DNA of 64,000 bases from Salinivirgaceae bacterium (GTDB lineage: Bacteria; Bacteroidota; Bacteroidia; Bacteroidales; SZUA-534). The stretch lies in assembly GCA_024405635.1 (NCBI GenBank), contig JAKSOL010000004.1, forward strand, positions 32,001 through 96,000. The letters run 5' to 3'. Below the pieces are notes generated by a model. The model was not told the origin of the DNA and ran no database searches. It was given only the letters and a program-made list of their open reading frames with translations. This document shows, piece by piece, positions 29,470 to 38,300 of this stretch. Within the stretch, counting starts at the first letter, position 1; each line of letters starts with the position of its first letter. The translations under genes and the position numbers were made by a program.

Positions 29470-29976
29470 ATGACTCCACGTTTTCAACGGATATTTATTG
29501 CAGTGCGTTTCACTCCCGAATTTTGTGATGCACTACAAGAAACCCAGCAACGTTTGCAGCAACGCGGAGTGCGCGGCACTTATTGCTCAAGGCAAAATTT
29601 GCATCTTACCCTTGCATTTGTTGGCGAAACCACTCAGATTGATGCGATAAGAGCCGCAGTGAGCCGCATTCAGTTTACTCCATTTGACATAGCAACAAGC
29701 AAACTTGGAGTCTTTGGCAACAGCAGTAAAGTTATTTGGGCAGGCATTGAAGGCGAACAACTGGTTGAGTCCATTGCCAACCAACTTCGTGCCGAACTAG
29801 AGGCAAATGGTGTAAAATTCGACTCCAGACCATTTAAAGCTCATGTGTCATTATTACGCCAACCCTCGTTGCTCATTACCAACGTTGAGGTGCCCCGCGC
29901 AACCATGACCGTAACCCACATCAGCATTATGAAATCGGAGCGCATAAACGGCCAACTGATTTATACCGAGATTTAG
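29470..29976 (+). CDS. thpR: RNA 2',3'-cyclic phosphodiesterase (2H family)
   Basis: RIFIAV, two HxT/S motifs (HLTLAF, HVSL), Y near C-terminus. Confidence 0.88.
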   Translation: MTPRFQRIFIAVRFTPEFCDALQETQQRLQQRGVRGTYCSRQNLHLTLAFVGETTQIDAIRAAVSRIQFTPFDIATSKLGVFGNSSKVIWAGIEGEQLVESIANQLRAELEANGVKFDSRPFKAHVSLLRQPSLLITNVEVPRATMTVTHISIMKSERINGQLIYTEI

Positions 29977-30062
29977 TTTTGCTTTAGCAAATAAGTGCAA
30001 AACATTAAAAACAAACAGTTTCCTTAATTATCCGACAAAGGCGTGGTGGCCAATAGTATGGC

Positions 30063-30088
30063 TTGTTTATGTAGTTTTTCTACATTTG
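30063..30088 (+). promoter_or_regulatory. Candidate promoter upstream of the YhcG array
   Basis: TACATTTG at 30081-30088 (Bacteroidetes -7 consensus), ~50 bp upstream of the first repeat core. Confidence 0.5.
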
Positions 30089-30120
30089 TAACAATTGTGC
30101 AACGTAATTTGATACTTATA

Positions 30121-30181
30121 CAAAACCAGAAATAGATTTTTAAACTAACATATTATTAATCACAGCGTTTGCTTATTATTC
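30121..30181 (+). repeat. Array direct repeat copy 1
   Basis: Core AAACTAACATATTATTAATCACAGCGTTTGCT 30142-30173. Confidence 0.9.
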
Positions 30182-30191
30182 GGATAGCCTA

Positions 30192-31316
30192 ATGAATTTC
30201 GACATATTAGTACATAAGATTTCAGTAGTTGAACAAGTTATGCTAAATGAAGTTGTTCATGCTATTAATGTGTCATTAACAGTGCGAAATTGGATATTAG
30301 GCTATTACATTGTAGAATTTGAGCAAAACGGCGAAGACAGAGCTGCTTACGGCCAAAATCTTTTGAAAAATCTTGAACAAAGATTACAGAAAAAGGGATT
30401 GACGGAAAGACGCTTTAGGGAGTTTCGGAAATTTTATTTGACCTATCCTCTATTAGAGTCAGAAATAAGATTGTACGTCGGAACAAATCTAAATCATGAG
30501 ATTCGGCAGATAGCATCCGCCGAATTGGATAGCCTTGGAAATCAAGATGATATGATCCGGCGGACGGCATCCGCCGAATTGGAACAATGGCAAACTGATC
30601 CACACAAAATCTTGTATAAAATTCCTTTTTCGCATTTGTTGATTTTGTGCAAGATTGAAGATCCTTTGAAAAGAGCTTTTTATGAAAGCGAAATCATAAA
30701 AGGATGTTGGTCGTGCTCTGAACTTGAAAGACAAGTAAACTCGCTTTATTTTGAGAGAACCGGATTATCGAAAGACAAAAACAGACTTTCTGAGATTGTC
30801 AATCAAAAGTCAGTTTCTCTACGCCCCAAAGACATAGTGAAGAATCCTCTGACGCTTGAGTTTCTAGGTTTGCAGGAGTCAAATGTTGTTATGGAAAATG
30901 ATTTAGAGAATGCTATTATAAATCATTTGCAGCATTTCCTTCTCGAACTGGGTGACGGATTCTGTTATGAAGCAACTCAAAAACGAATTCTTATCGACGA
31001 CGAATACTTTAAGATAGACTTGGTATTTTACCATCGTATTTTGCATTGCCACGTTTTGGTAGAGTTGAAGACGGATAAGTTTAGGCATGAATATGCTTCG
31101 CAGTTGAACTTGTACCTGAATTATTACAAGAACGAAATTATGCAATCTTCCGACAATCCTCCTATAGGATTGTTGTTGTGTACTGATTACGGTGAAACAA
31201 CTGTACAGTATGCAACCGCAGGATTAGATGAAAACTTGTTTGTTTCAAAATATTTGGTAAAGTTGCCGAGTGTAGATGAAATAAAGAAGTATATTATTGA
31301 AATAAATAAACGGTAA
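30192..31316 (+). CDS. YhcG/DUF1016 PD-(D/E)XK nuclease family protein 1
   Basis: WILGYYIVEFEQNGEDRAAYG, IDLVFYHRILHCHVLVELK, QLNLY, DNPPIGLLLC. Confidence 0.92.
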   Translation: MNFDILVHKISVVEQVMLNEVVHAINVSLTVRNWILGYYIVEFEQNGEDRAAYGQNLLKNLEQRLQKKGLTERRFREFRKFYLTYPLLESEIRLYVGTNLNHEIRQIASAELDSLGNQDDMIRRTASAELEQWQTDPHKILYKIPFSHLLILCKIEDPLKRAFYESEIIKGCWSCSELERQVNSLYFERTGLSKDKNRLSEIVNQKSVSLRPKDIVKNPLTLEFLGLQESNVVMENDLENAIINHLQHFLLELGDGFCYEATQKRILIDDEYFKIDLVFYHRILHCHVLVELKTDKFRHEYASQLNLYLNYYKNEIMQSSDNPPIGLLLCTDYGETTVQYATAGLDENLFVSKYLVKLPSVDEIKKYIIEINKR

Positions 31317-31325
31317 AACGATATA

Positions 31326-31379
31326 CAAGAAATAAATTTAAACTAACATGATTATTAATCATAGCGTTTGCTGATATTC
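31326..31379 (+). repeat. Array direct repeat copy 2
   Basis: Core AAACTAACATGATTATTAATCATAGCGTTTGCT 31340-31372. Confidence 0.9.
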
Positions 31380-31391
31380 TGAAATCATTAC

Positions 31392-32420
31392 ATGGATAAG
31401 AAACCACAAATACAAGATTCTCGTTACGATGCTCTAGTAAAGCAAATCTCGGAGTTAGTTGCATTATCGAAGCAAAAGGCTATGCATGCAGTTAATTCTG
31501 CCTTGGTGGAGATGAATTGGAATATTGGAAAATATATTGTGGAGTTTGAACAGAACGGTAACGCAAGGGCGGAATATGGTGCAAAACTGATACCTCAGCT
31601 TTCAAGAGACTTGACGCTTCTATTAGGAAACGGTTATTCAAAAAGTAACTTGGCAAATATGAGGCTGTTATATCTTCGATTTCCAATTTTCCAAGCAGTG
31701 CTTGGAAAATTAAGCTGGACTCAATTGCTTGAAATCATTCCAATAGATAATGAGTTAGAAAGGAATTTCTATACTATTGAAGCTATAAATAGAAATTGGA
31801 GTTACAGACAAATACACGAACAAAAAACTCGTGGCCTTTTTTATCAGTTGGCAACATCAAAAGAGGCATGTGATATTCTTTCTCTTTCCAATAATGGATT
31901 ACAGATAACACAACCAAAGGATGTAGTCAAGGATACTTATTTCTTTGATTTCCTAAGTCTCAAGACTCCCGATTATAGCGAAGGAGATTTAGAAGATGCT
32001 CTTATCAAGCACATGGAAGATTTCCTTCTGGAGTTAGGTAAAGGATTTGCTTTTATTGGTCGCCAGTATCGGTTGACCATAGACAATGACGACTATTATG
32101 CCGACCTTGTATTTTATCATGTCATACTTAAATGCTATGTGATCATTGATTTAAAACGTGGTAAAGTAAAGCATGAGGATATTGGGCAGATGAATATGTA
32201 TTTGGGTTATTTTGCGATGGACAAGAATACAGAAGGAGACAATCCTCCCATTGGCATTATCCTTGCTGCCGACAAAAACGATGTGATGGTGCAATATGCC
32301 ACATACGGCATGGATGCTAATTTATTCGTCGCAAAATATCAACTCTATTTGCCAGAAATTAACGAATTAAAAAGGCTGGTTCAAGCAGAACTTGACAGAC
32401 TTAACAATAAAACTGAATAA
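31392..32420 (+). CDS. YhcG/DUF1016 PD-(D/E)XK nuclease family protein 2
   Basis: WNIGKYIVEFEQ, LSWTQ, ELGKGFAFIGRQ, DLVFYH..IDLK, GQMNMY, DNPPIGI. Confidence 0.93.
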   Translation: MDKKPQIQDSRYDALVKQISELVALSKQKAMHAVNSALVEMNWNIGKYIVEFEQNGNARAEYGAKLIPQLSRDLTLLLGNGYSKSNLANMRLLYLRFPIFQAVLGKLSWTQLLEIIPIDNELERNFYTIEAINRNWSYRQIHEQKTRGLFYQLATSKEACDILSLSNNGLQITQPKDVVKDTYFFDFLSLKTPDYSEGDLEDALIKHMEDFLLELGKGFAFIGRQYRLTIDNDDYYADLVFYHVILKCYVIIDLKRGKVKHEDIGQMNMYLGYFAMDKNTEGDNPPIGIILAADKNDVMVQYATYGMDANLFVAKYQLYLPEINELKRLVQAELDRLNNKTE

Positions 32421-32436
32421 TACTTTAATAGATAAT

Positions 32437-32500
32437 AAAACAGAAAAATAGATTTTTAAAACTAACATAGTATTAATCATAGCGTTTGCTATTTATTCGG
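32437..32500 (+). repeat. Array direct repeat copy 3
   Basis: Core AAACTAACATAGTATTAATCATAGCGTTTGCT 32459-32490. Confidence 0.9.
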
Positions 32501-32875
32501 ATGAATACGGAGAACTATAAAATACAAAATATCGATGATTATGCTGAGTTGCTTAAGCAAGTCAAGCATCGCATTGGTCTTGCCCAAAAAAGAGCCATCT
32601 ATTCTGCGAATGGAGAGATGTTGCACATGTATTGGGATATAGGGAAACTCCTTCAGAATAAAATAGATGAAGCAAATTGGGGAGATAAACTGTTAGAGAG
32701 ACTCTCCATTGATTTAAAAAACGAGTATCCAACAGTAAAAGGGTTTACAACACGTAACTGCCGATATATGATGCAGTTTTATCGTGAATATAATCAAGAA
32801 CTTACATTTGTGAAACTGCCCGTTTCACAAATTGAAGGTTCGAATGAAAATGTGAAACCAATCATTTTAAATTAA
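32501..32875 (+). pseudogene. Truncated YhcG/DUF1016 gene 3 (N-terminal domain only)
   Basis: MYWDIGK, WGDKLLERLSIDLK, GFTTRNCRYMMQFY; stops before LSW motif and nuclease domain; ATG 32501. Confidence 0.8.
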
Positions 32876-32888
32876 ATAAGTAGTTTTA

Positions 32889-32939
32889 CAAAACAGAAAT
32901 AAATTTTAAACTAAAATATTATTAATCATAGCGTTTGCT
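32889..32939 (+). repeat. Array direct repeat copy 4
   Basis: Core AAACTAAAATATTATTAATCATAGCGTTTGCT 32908-32939. Confidence 0.9.
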
Positions 32940-32949
32940 GCAATTTGAG

Positions 32950-33981
32950 ATGAAAGAAAAAAAAGACATAATACATATTCCTGTTGACACATCCTTTCTT
33001 GCGGAGGTGAAAAACATTGTTGAGCAAGGTCGCCAACAAGCATACGCTTCTGTAAGTCAACTGATGATTGAAACTTATTGGAAGATAGGTGAACGTATTG
33101 TGTTACAAGAACAGAAAGGTAAAGACCGTGCAGATTACGGTACGCAACTCATTGAAGTGCTTTCAGAAGAATTGACCCGAACTTACGGGAAAGGATTCAG
33201 TAAAAGAAATCTCCAGTATTTTCGTGCGTTTTATTTGAGTTTCAATGATTTAGAAATTGTGCACACGCGTGTGCACAATTTATCTTGGTCACACATACGA
33301 ACTGTTTTACGAGTGGATGACATAACAGCGGCTCGTTGGTATTTGTTAACCGCCTCCCAAGAAATGTGGAGTGTGCGAACACTTGATAGAAATATTTCTA
33401 CACAATATTATGAACGTCATTTTAAGCAACCACAAATAGTAGAAAATACCCAAGAGGTGGTTGCACCCAACAAGTTGGAACTTCTGAAAAGTCCAATTGT
33501 TGCAGAATTTTTAGGATTCAAGAAAGATGACAGTTATAGCGAATCCGATATTGAAAGTGCCATTATCTCTCATTTGCAGGAGTTCATCATGGAAATGGGA
33601 CGTGGCTTTGCATTTATGGGTCGTCAAGAGATGATAAGAACAGCAAATAACGACTATTTCATTGATTTGGTATTCTATAATGTTGTGCTGAAATGTTATG
33701 TGCTTATTGATTTGAAAATAGGAAAGATTACCCATCAGGATGTTGGTCAGATGGATATGTACGTAAGAATGTATGATGACCTGAAACGTACTGAAGGCGA
33801 TAATCCTACAATAGGAATAGTATTATGCAGTGAAACTGATGCTGATATTGCGAAATACTCTATTCTTAAGGGTAACGAGCAACTGTTTGCTTCAAAATAC
33901 AAACTTTATTTACCTACGGAGCAGGAACTTCGCAGGGAAATAGAGGCTCAAAAAGAATTGTTCAACTTACAAAATAACTGA
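32950..33981 (+). CDS. YhcG/DUF1016 PD-(D/E)XK nuclease family protein 4
   Basis: YWKIGERIV, GFSKRNL, LSWSH, EMGRGFAF, IDLVFYN..IDLK, GQMDMY, DNPTIGI; ATG 32950. Confidence 0.93.
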   Translation: MKEKKDIIHIPVDTSFLAEVKNIVEQGRQQAYASVSQLMIETYWKIGERIVLQEQKGKDRADYGTQLIEVLSEELTRTYGKGFSKRNLQYFRAFYLSFNDLEIVHTRVHNLSWSHIRTVLRVDDITAARWYLLTASQEMWSVRTLDRNISTQYYERHFKQPQIVENTQEVVAPNKLELLKSPIVAEFLGFKKDDSYSESDIESAIISHLQEFIMEMGRGFAFMGRQEMIRTANNDYFIDLVFYNVVLKCYVLIDLKIGKITHQDVGQMDMYVRMYDDLKRTEGDNPTIGIVLCSETDADIAKYSILKGNEQLFASKYKLYLPTEQELRREIEAQKELFNLQNN

Positions 33982-33983
33982 AA

Positions 33984-34039
33984 AAAACAAAAATAATTTT
34001 AGACTAACATATTAATTAACAAGCGTTTGCTTATTATTC
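33984..34039 (+). repeat. Array direct repeat copy 5 (most diverged core)
   Basis: Core AGACTAACATATTAATTAACAAGCGTTTGCT 34001-34031; shares TTATTATTC tail with copy 1. Confidence 0.85.
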
Positions 34040-34043
34040 TAAA

Positions 34044-34209
34044 ACGTCCTTAAAACTTGGCGGTTTGAAGATGTAATTGGGGAATAATAAAGCAGGTGCT
34101 CACGTGTATACGTGGGTACTTGATTTATCTCTAATTACGGGTTCCGCCAAGTACCCAAGGACGTGGATAAATTGAGTATCCACGTTTTTTATTAGGTACT
34201 TGGCGGAAC
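34044..34209 (+). ncRNA. Putative structured leader RNA/attenuator upstream of the R-M-like genes
   Basis: Nested and mutually exclusive stems with G-U pairs; terminator-like hairpin 34161-34190. Confidence 0.55.
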
Positions 34210-34256
34210 AGAAGGTTTTATTACTAATATGCTAACGCGTTAGTAATAAAACAATT

Positions 34257-35294
34257 ATGACTAGCGCTGACATTATTGGCGTTGTAGATATTAGTGAAGA
34301 TGAAATCAAAAATTGGATTCCAGATTTATTAAATGTTCTACTGCGCGATCATTCTGCAAAACATGATGCTAAAATCGGGTCAAGCAATCCAGATGAACAT
34401 CATATCATTTGGGCGACTGATAGTTACGAGACTCTCGGTAATTGCTACAACAAACGTGCTCAAATTAGAGCTGAACTTATAACTGGCAAAAACGGACGAG
34501 TAATCCGCCCGCGTGCTGTAAAAACAAAAGTTGAGCAGCAAACTCGTACACGCAACAAAGCCGAGGTTTTTACGCCATCATGGGTTTGTAATGCCCAAAA
34601 CAATTTAATTGATAACGAATGGTTTGGTCGCATTGGAGTTTTCAATACGGAAAATAACGACAAAACCTGGACCACTAATCCGGAAAAAATAACCTTTCCA
34701 GAGGGTAAAACATGGATTGACTATGTAAAAGATTGCCGCCTTGAGATAACATGTGGCGAAGCTCCTTACTTAGTTAGTCGATATGATACCGTAACGGGCG
34801 AATATATTCCAGTTGAGAAACGAATAGGCCTACTTGACCGTAAGTTGCGAGTGGTGAACGAAAACACCTCTACGCCCGACGAATGGGTACCTTATGCTCA
34901 TTTGGCACTAGCATCTGTTTATGGCTACGAGTGGCAAGGCGATAGTTTGCTATTGGCCCGGGAGGCTGCGCTATGCACATTCATGGACCATTTTTGGCAA
35001 AAATTCCCCAACGAAAATCTATTTGACAAAACCATTATCAAGTCAGCTTATATCATAAGCTGGAACTTGTGGCAAATGGATGGCCTAAAAGGAAAAATCC
35101 CTTATTCTGAAAAAGTAGTTATTAACACAGACCTTTATGGTTCAGAAGAAAAAACCATAGAAGAAGGAGTTTACTGCGAGATTCTCTCATGGAAGTTAGA
35201 GCCTAATAAAAAAGGCATACTCAATTTAAGAAAGGACAAAAAAAGTCAATTTTTCTCTACAAGTCTTTGTCTCTCAAAAAAATACAAAAAATAA
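34257..35294 (+). CDS. MTase-like accessory subunit (SAM-binding half, no NPPY), partner of Eco57I-like fusion
   Basis: KAEVFTPSW (motif X-like), LEITCGEAPYL (motif I-like), YGYEWQGD, WQMDGL; no motif IV seen. Confidence 0.7.
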   Translation: MTSADIIGVVDISEDEIKNWIPDLLNVLLRDHSAKHDAKIGSSNPDEHHIIWATDSYETLGNCYNKRAQIRAELITGKNGRVIRPRAVKTKVEQQTRTRNKAEVFTPSWVCNAQNNLIDNEWFGRIGVFNTENNDKTWTTNPEKITFPEGKTWIDYVKDCRLEITCGEAPYLVSRYDTVTGEYIPVEKRIGLLDRKLRVVNENTSTPDEWVPYAHLALASVYGYEWQGDSLLLAREAALCTFMDHFWQKFPNENLFDKTIIKSAYIISWNLWQMDGLKGKIPYSEKVVINTDLYGSEEKTIEEGVYCEILSWKLEPNKKGILNLRKDKKSQFFSTSLCLSKKYKK

Positions 35295-35316
35295 TCTCTT
35301 AAATATTTCATACACT

Positions 35317-38300
35317 ATGGCAAGTATTGAATTTGAAAATGTTAGTAGTTGGCATATCATTTATTTATACACAATAGATGATGAGCAACATAAAGATCTT
35401 GTTAAGGTTGGAAAAACAAGTACCAACGAACTAGACCCAACCGATGACGACATAAAAAATGCAGCAATTGTCTGTATTCGGGGTCAGTTGAGCCGAGCAG
35501 GCATGTCATACAAAGATTTTTATGCAGAAAAGGCAATTTGTAGAGACAAAGATGGTAGTATAATAAACTTTTGGGACTACGATGTTCATGATGTTCTTGA
35601 ACGCTCAGGAATAAAAAACAAAAAGTTCAAAGGAAGTTCAGGCCGAGAGTGGTACGAGTGTTCAATGGAAACTGCCAAGGCCGCAATTAAAGCAGTAAAA
35701 GAAGGCAGACAATCGTTAAATGACAACGAAATCCGTGCTGACGTTAAACCAATTGTGTTTCGCGAGGAACAGCGTCGAGCAATTGATCAAACAAAGAAGG
35801 CTTTCGTAAATCACCAAGAAATGCTTTGGAACGCAAAAATGCGGTTCGGAAAAACTGTGTCAGCCTTGCAAGTGGTAAAAGAAATGAAATTCAACCGCAC
35901 ACTTATTGTTACTCATCGTCCTGTGGTTATTGATGGCTGGTTTAAGGACTTTGGTTGGATTTTTCACGACTGCACAAATTTTCAGTTCGGTTCAAAAAAA
36001 GATTATGGCTCTGACTACAATAAATGCGAAAGCGATTTGAAGAAAAAAGGAATCAATTATGTTTTTTTCGCATCAATACAAGACTTGCGCGGTTCGGATA
36101 AAGTTGGTGGTAATTATGAAAAAAATACCGAATTGTTCAGCACCAAATGGGATTTGCTAATAGTTGATGAAGCTCACGAAGGAACTTTAACCGCATTGGG
36201 TGATAATGTGTTGAGCGAATTGATAAAAACTAAAACCAAAGTGCTGAAACTCAGCGGTACTCCATATAATCTTATTGACAAATTCGACAAAGAGGCAACA
36301 TTTACGTGGGATTATGTGATGGAGCAACGCGCTAAAGTAAATTGGGAAAACGAACATCATGGAGAACCCAACCCTTACGCGTGTTTGCCTTCAATGTGTA
36401 TTTACACTTACGACTTGCCTGCGCTTATGAATCCTTCAATTGAAGCAGATAGCATGTCGTTTAATTTTCGCGAATTTTTCAAAACCGATGGAGACTTTGA
36501 CGATAAGTTTGTTCATGAGGATTCGGTAAAAGCCTTTCTTGATTTGTTGGTTGAAAATGATGCAAATAGTACTTATCCTTTTTGCACTGACCGCTTCATA
36601 AATACTTTCCGCCATACGCTTTGGATGCTGCCAGGTGTTAAAGCCGCTAAGGCAATGAGTAAGTTGTTAAAGAGTCATAAAACATTTAACCAATACGAGA
36701 TTTTAAACGTGGCTGGTAACGGTGACGAAGACGAAGAAAATGAAGAAGCATTGCAAAAGGTAAAAAATGCTATAGGCAACAATCCTCTTACATCAAAAAC
36801 CATCACTTTGTCATGTGGCCGTTTAACAACTGGTGTAAGTGTTCCTGCGTGGACAGGTGTCCTTATGCTTGCAGGTACAGCAACCACTTCGGCAAGCGGT
36901 TATATGCAAACTATTTTCCGAGTGCAAACACCTTGCAACCTTGGCGGAATGCAAAAAGAACAATGCTTTGTGTTTGACTTTGCGCCCGACCGTACACTAC
37001 AAGTACTTGCTGACGTAGCTCATATTGAAAGTGTAGGTAAAGGAACTACCGAGAGTCAACGCCAAACTTTAACCCAATTCCTAAACTTTTGCCCTGTTAT
37101 TTCGCTTAACGGATCTACTATGCAAGAGTACAATGTTGACTCCTTGTTTACCAAACTTAAACGTGTATTCATAGAACGCGTTGTTCAAAGCGGATTTGAG
37201 GACGAACACATTTTCAACCAAAAATCGTTGCAAGGATTAAGCGGCTCCGAACTTAAAATGTTTGATAAACTACATTCAATTATCGGCTCAACCAAGGCAA
37301 TGCCAAAAACCAAAAACATTGACATTAATAAAAAGGGATTAACAGAAGAAGAACAAGAACTTGTTAGTGAAATAGAAAATAAAAAACGTGGCGGGAAAAA
37401 ACTTACTAAAGAAGAACAAGAACTACTTGAACGCCATAAAGCCGAACTTGAACAGATGCATGCGGCTGCAAGCATTTTGCGAGGAATTGCAATACGAATG
37501 CCGTTAATGATTTTTGGTGCTAATGTGAAAGAAGGAGAAGAAGAAAAGGAATTTACCATTGATAATTTTGACAATTTGGTTGACGATGAATCGTGGAAAG
37601 AGTTTATGCCAAAAGACGTAAGTAAAAAGCTATTCCGCGATTTTAAAAAATACTTTGACAAAGACATTTTTACAGCAGCCAGCCGCCGCATTCGTGAATT
37701 AACAAAGGAGGCCGACTCTATGAGCATTGAAGAACGTATGGAACAAATCCATACAATCTTTAACTATTTCCGTAATCCAGATAAAGAAACAGTTCTTACT
37801 CCGCCACGAGTGGTAAATATGCACATGAGCAATACTTTGGGTGGATATTGTTTCTACGACGAAGATTTTGAAGAAATGCTTACGAAGGACCCTTGTTTTG
37901 TTAACCACAGCGAAGTAACAAAACAAGTTTTTTCAGCTCAAAGCCAAATTCTAGAAATAAACTCAAAAAGCGGACTATATCCGCTATATGCCGCATACTC
38001 AATATATAGGAGCCGTTGCTCAATAGCTCGCGAGAAAAACCAAAAACTTACACTCGCTCAGCAACAAACAATTTGGGACACTGTGCTTGCCGAAAACATT
38101 TTTGTGTTGTGCAAAATACCAATGGCAGAGTTCATTACAAAACGTACACTTGGCGGATTTCGCAAAGTGGCATTCAATGTGGCTTATTATAAAAATTTGC
38201 TCGTTGAGATTAAAAATTCACCCGATAAATTGATTAAAGCCCTTTCTAACTCAAAAACTTACAAATCAGCTAAAAACAATTCTAATATGATATTTGATGC

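Noticed and set aside
30093-30101. AATTGTGCA just after the array promoter, matching a half-site of the YhcG-4 palindrome
   Set aside because: The same 9-mer also occurs inside housekeeping genes (~11133, ~54135), so chance is likely.
30121-34039. CRISPR array or classical integron reading of the five repeats
   Set aside because: The intervening units are whole genes (0.4-1.1 kb), there are no cas or intI genes, and the repeats lack attC-type long hairpins with RYYYAAC/GTTRRRY ends.
34151-34159. GTACCCAAG shared between the R-M leader and the fic1 STQE repeats
   Set aside because: A single 9-bp match between separate islands; not distinguishable from chance.
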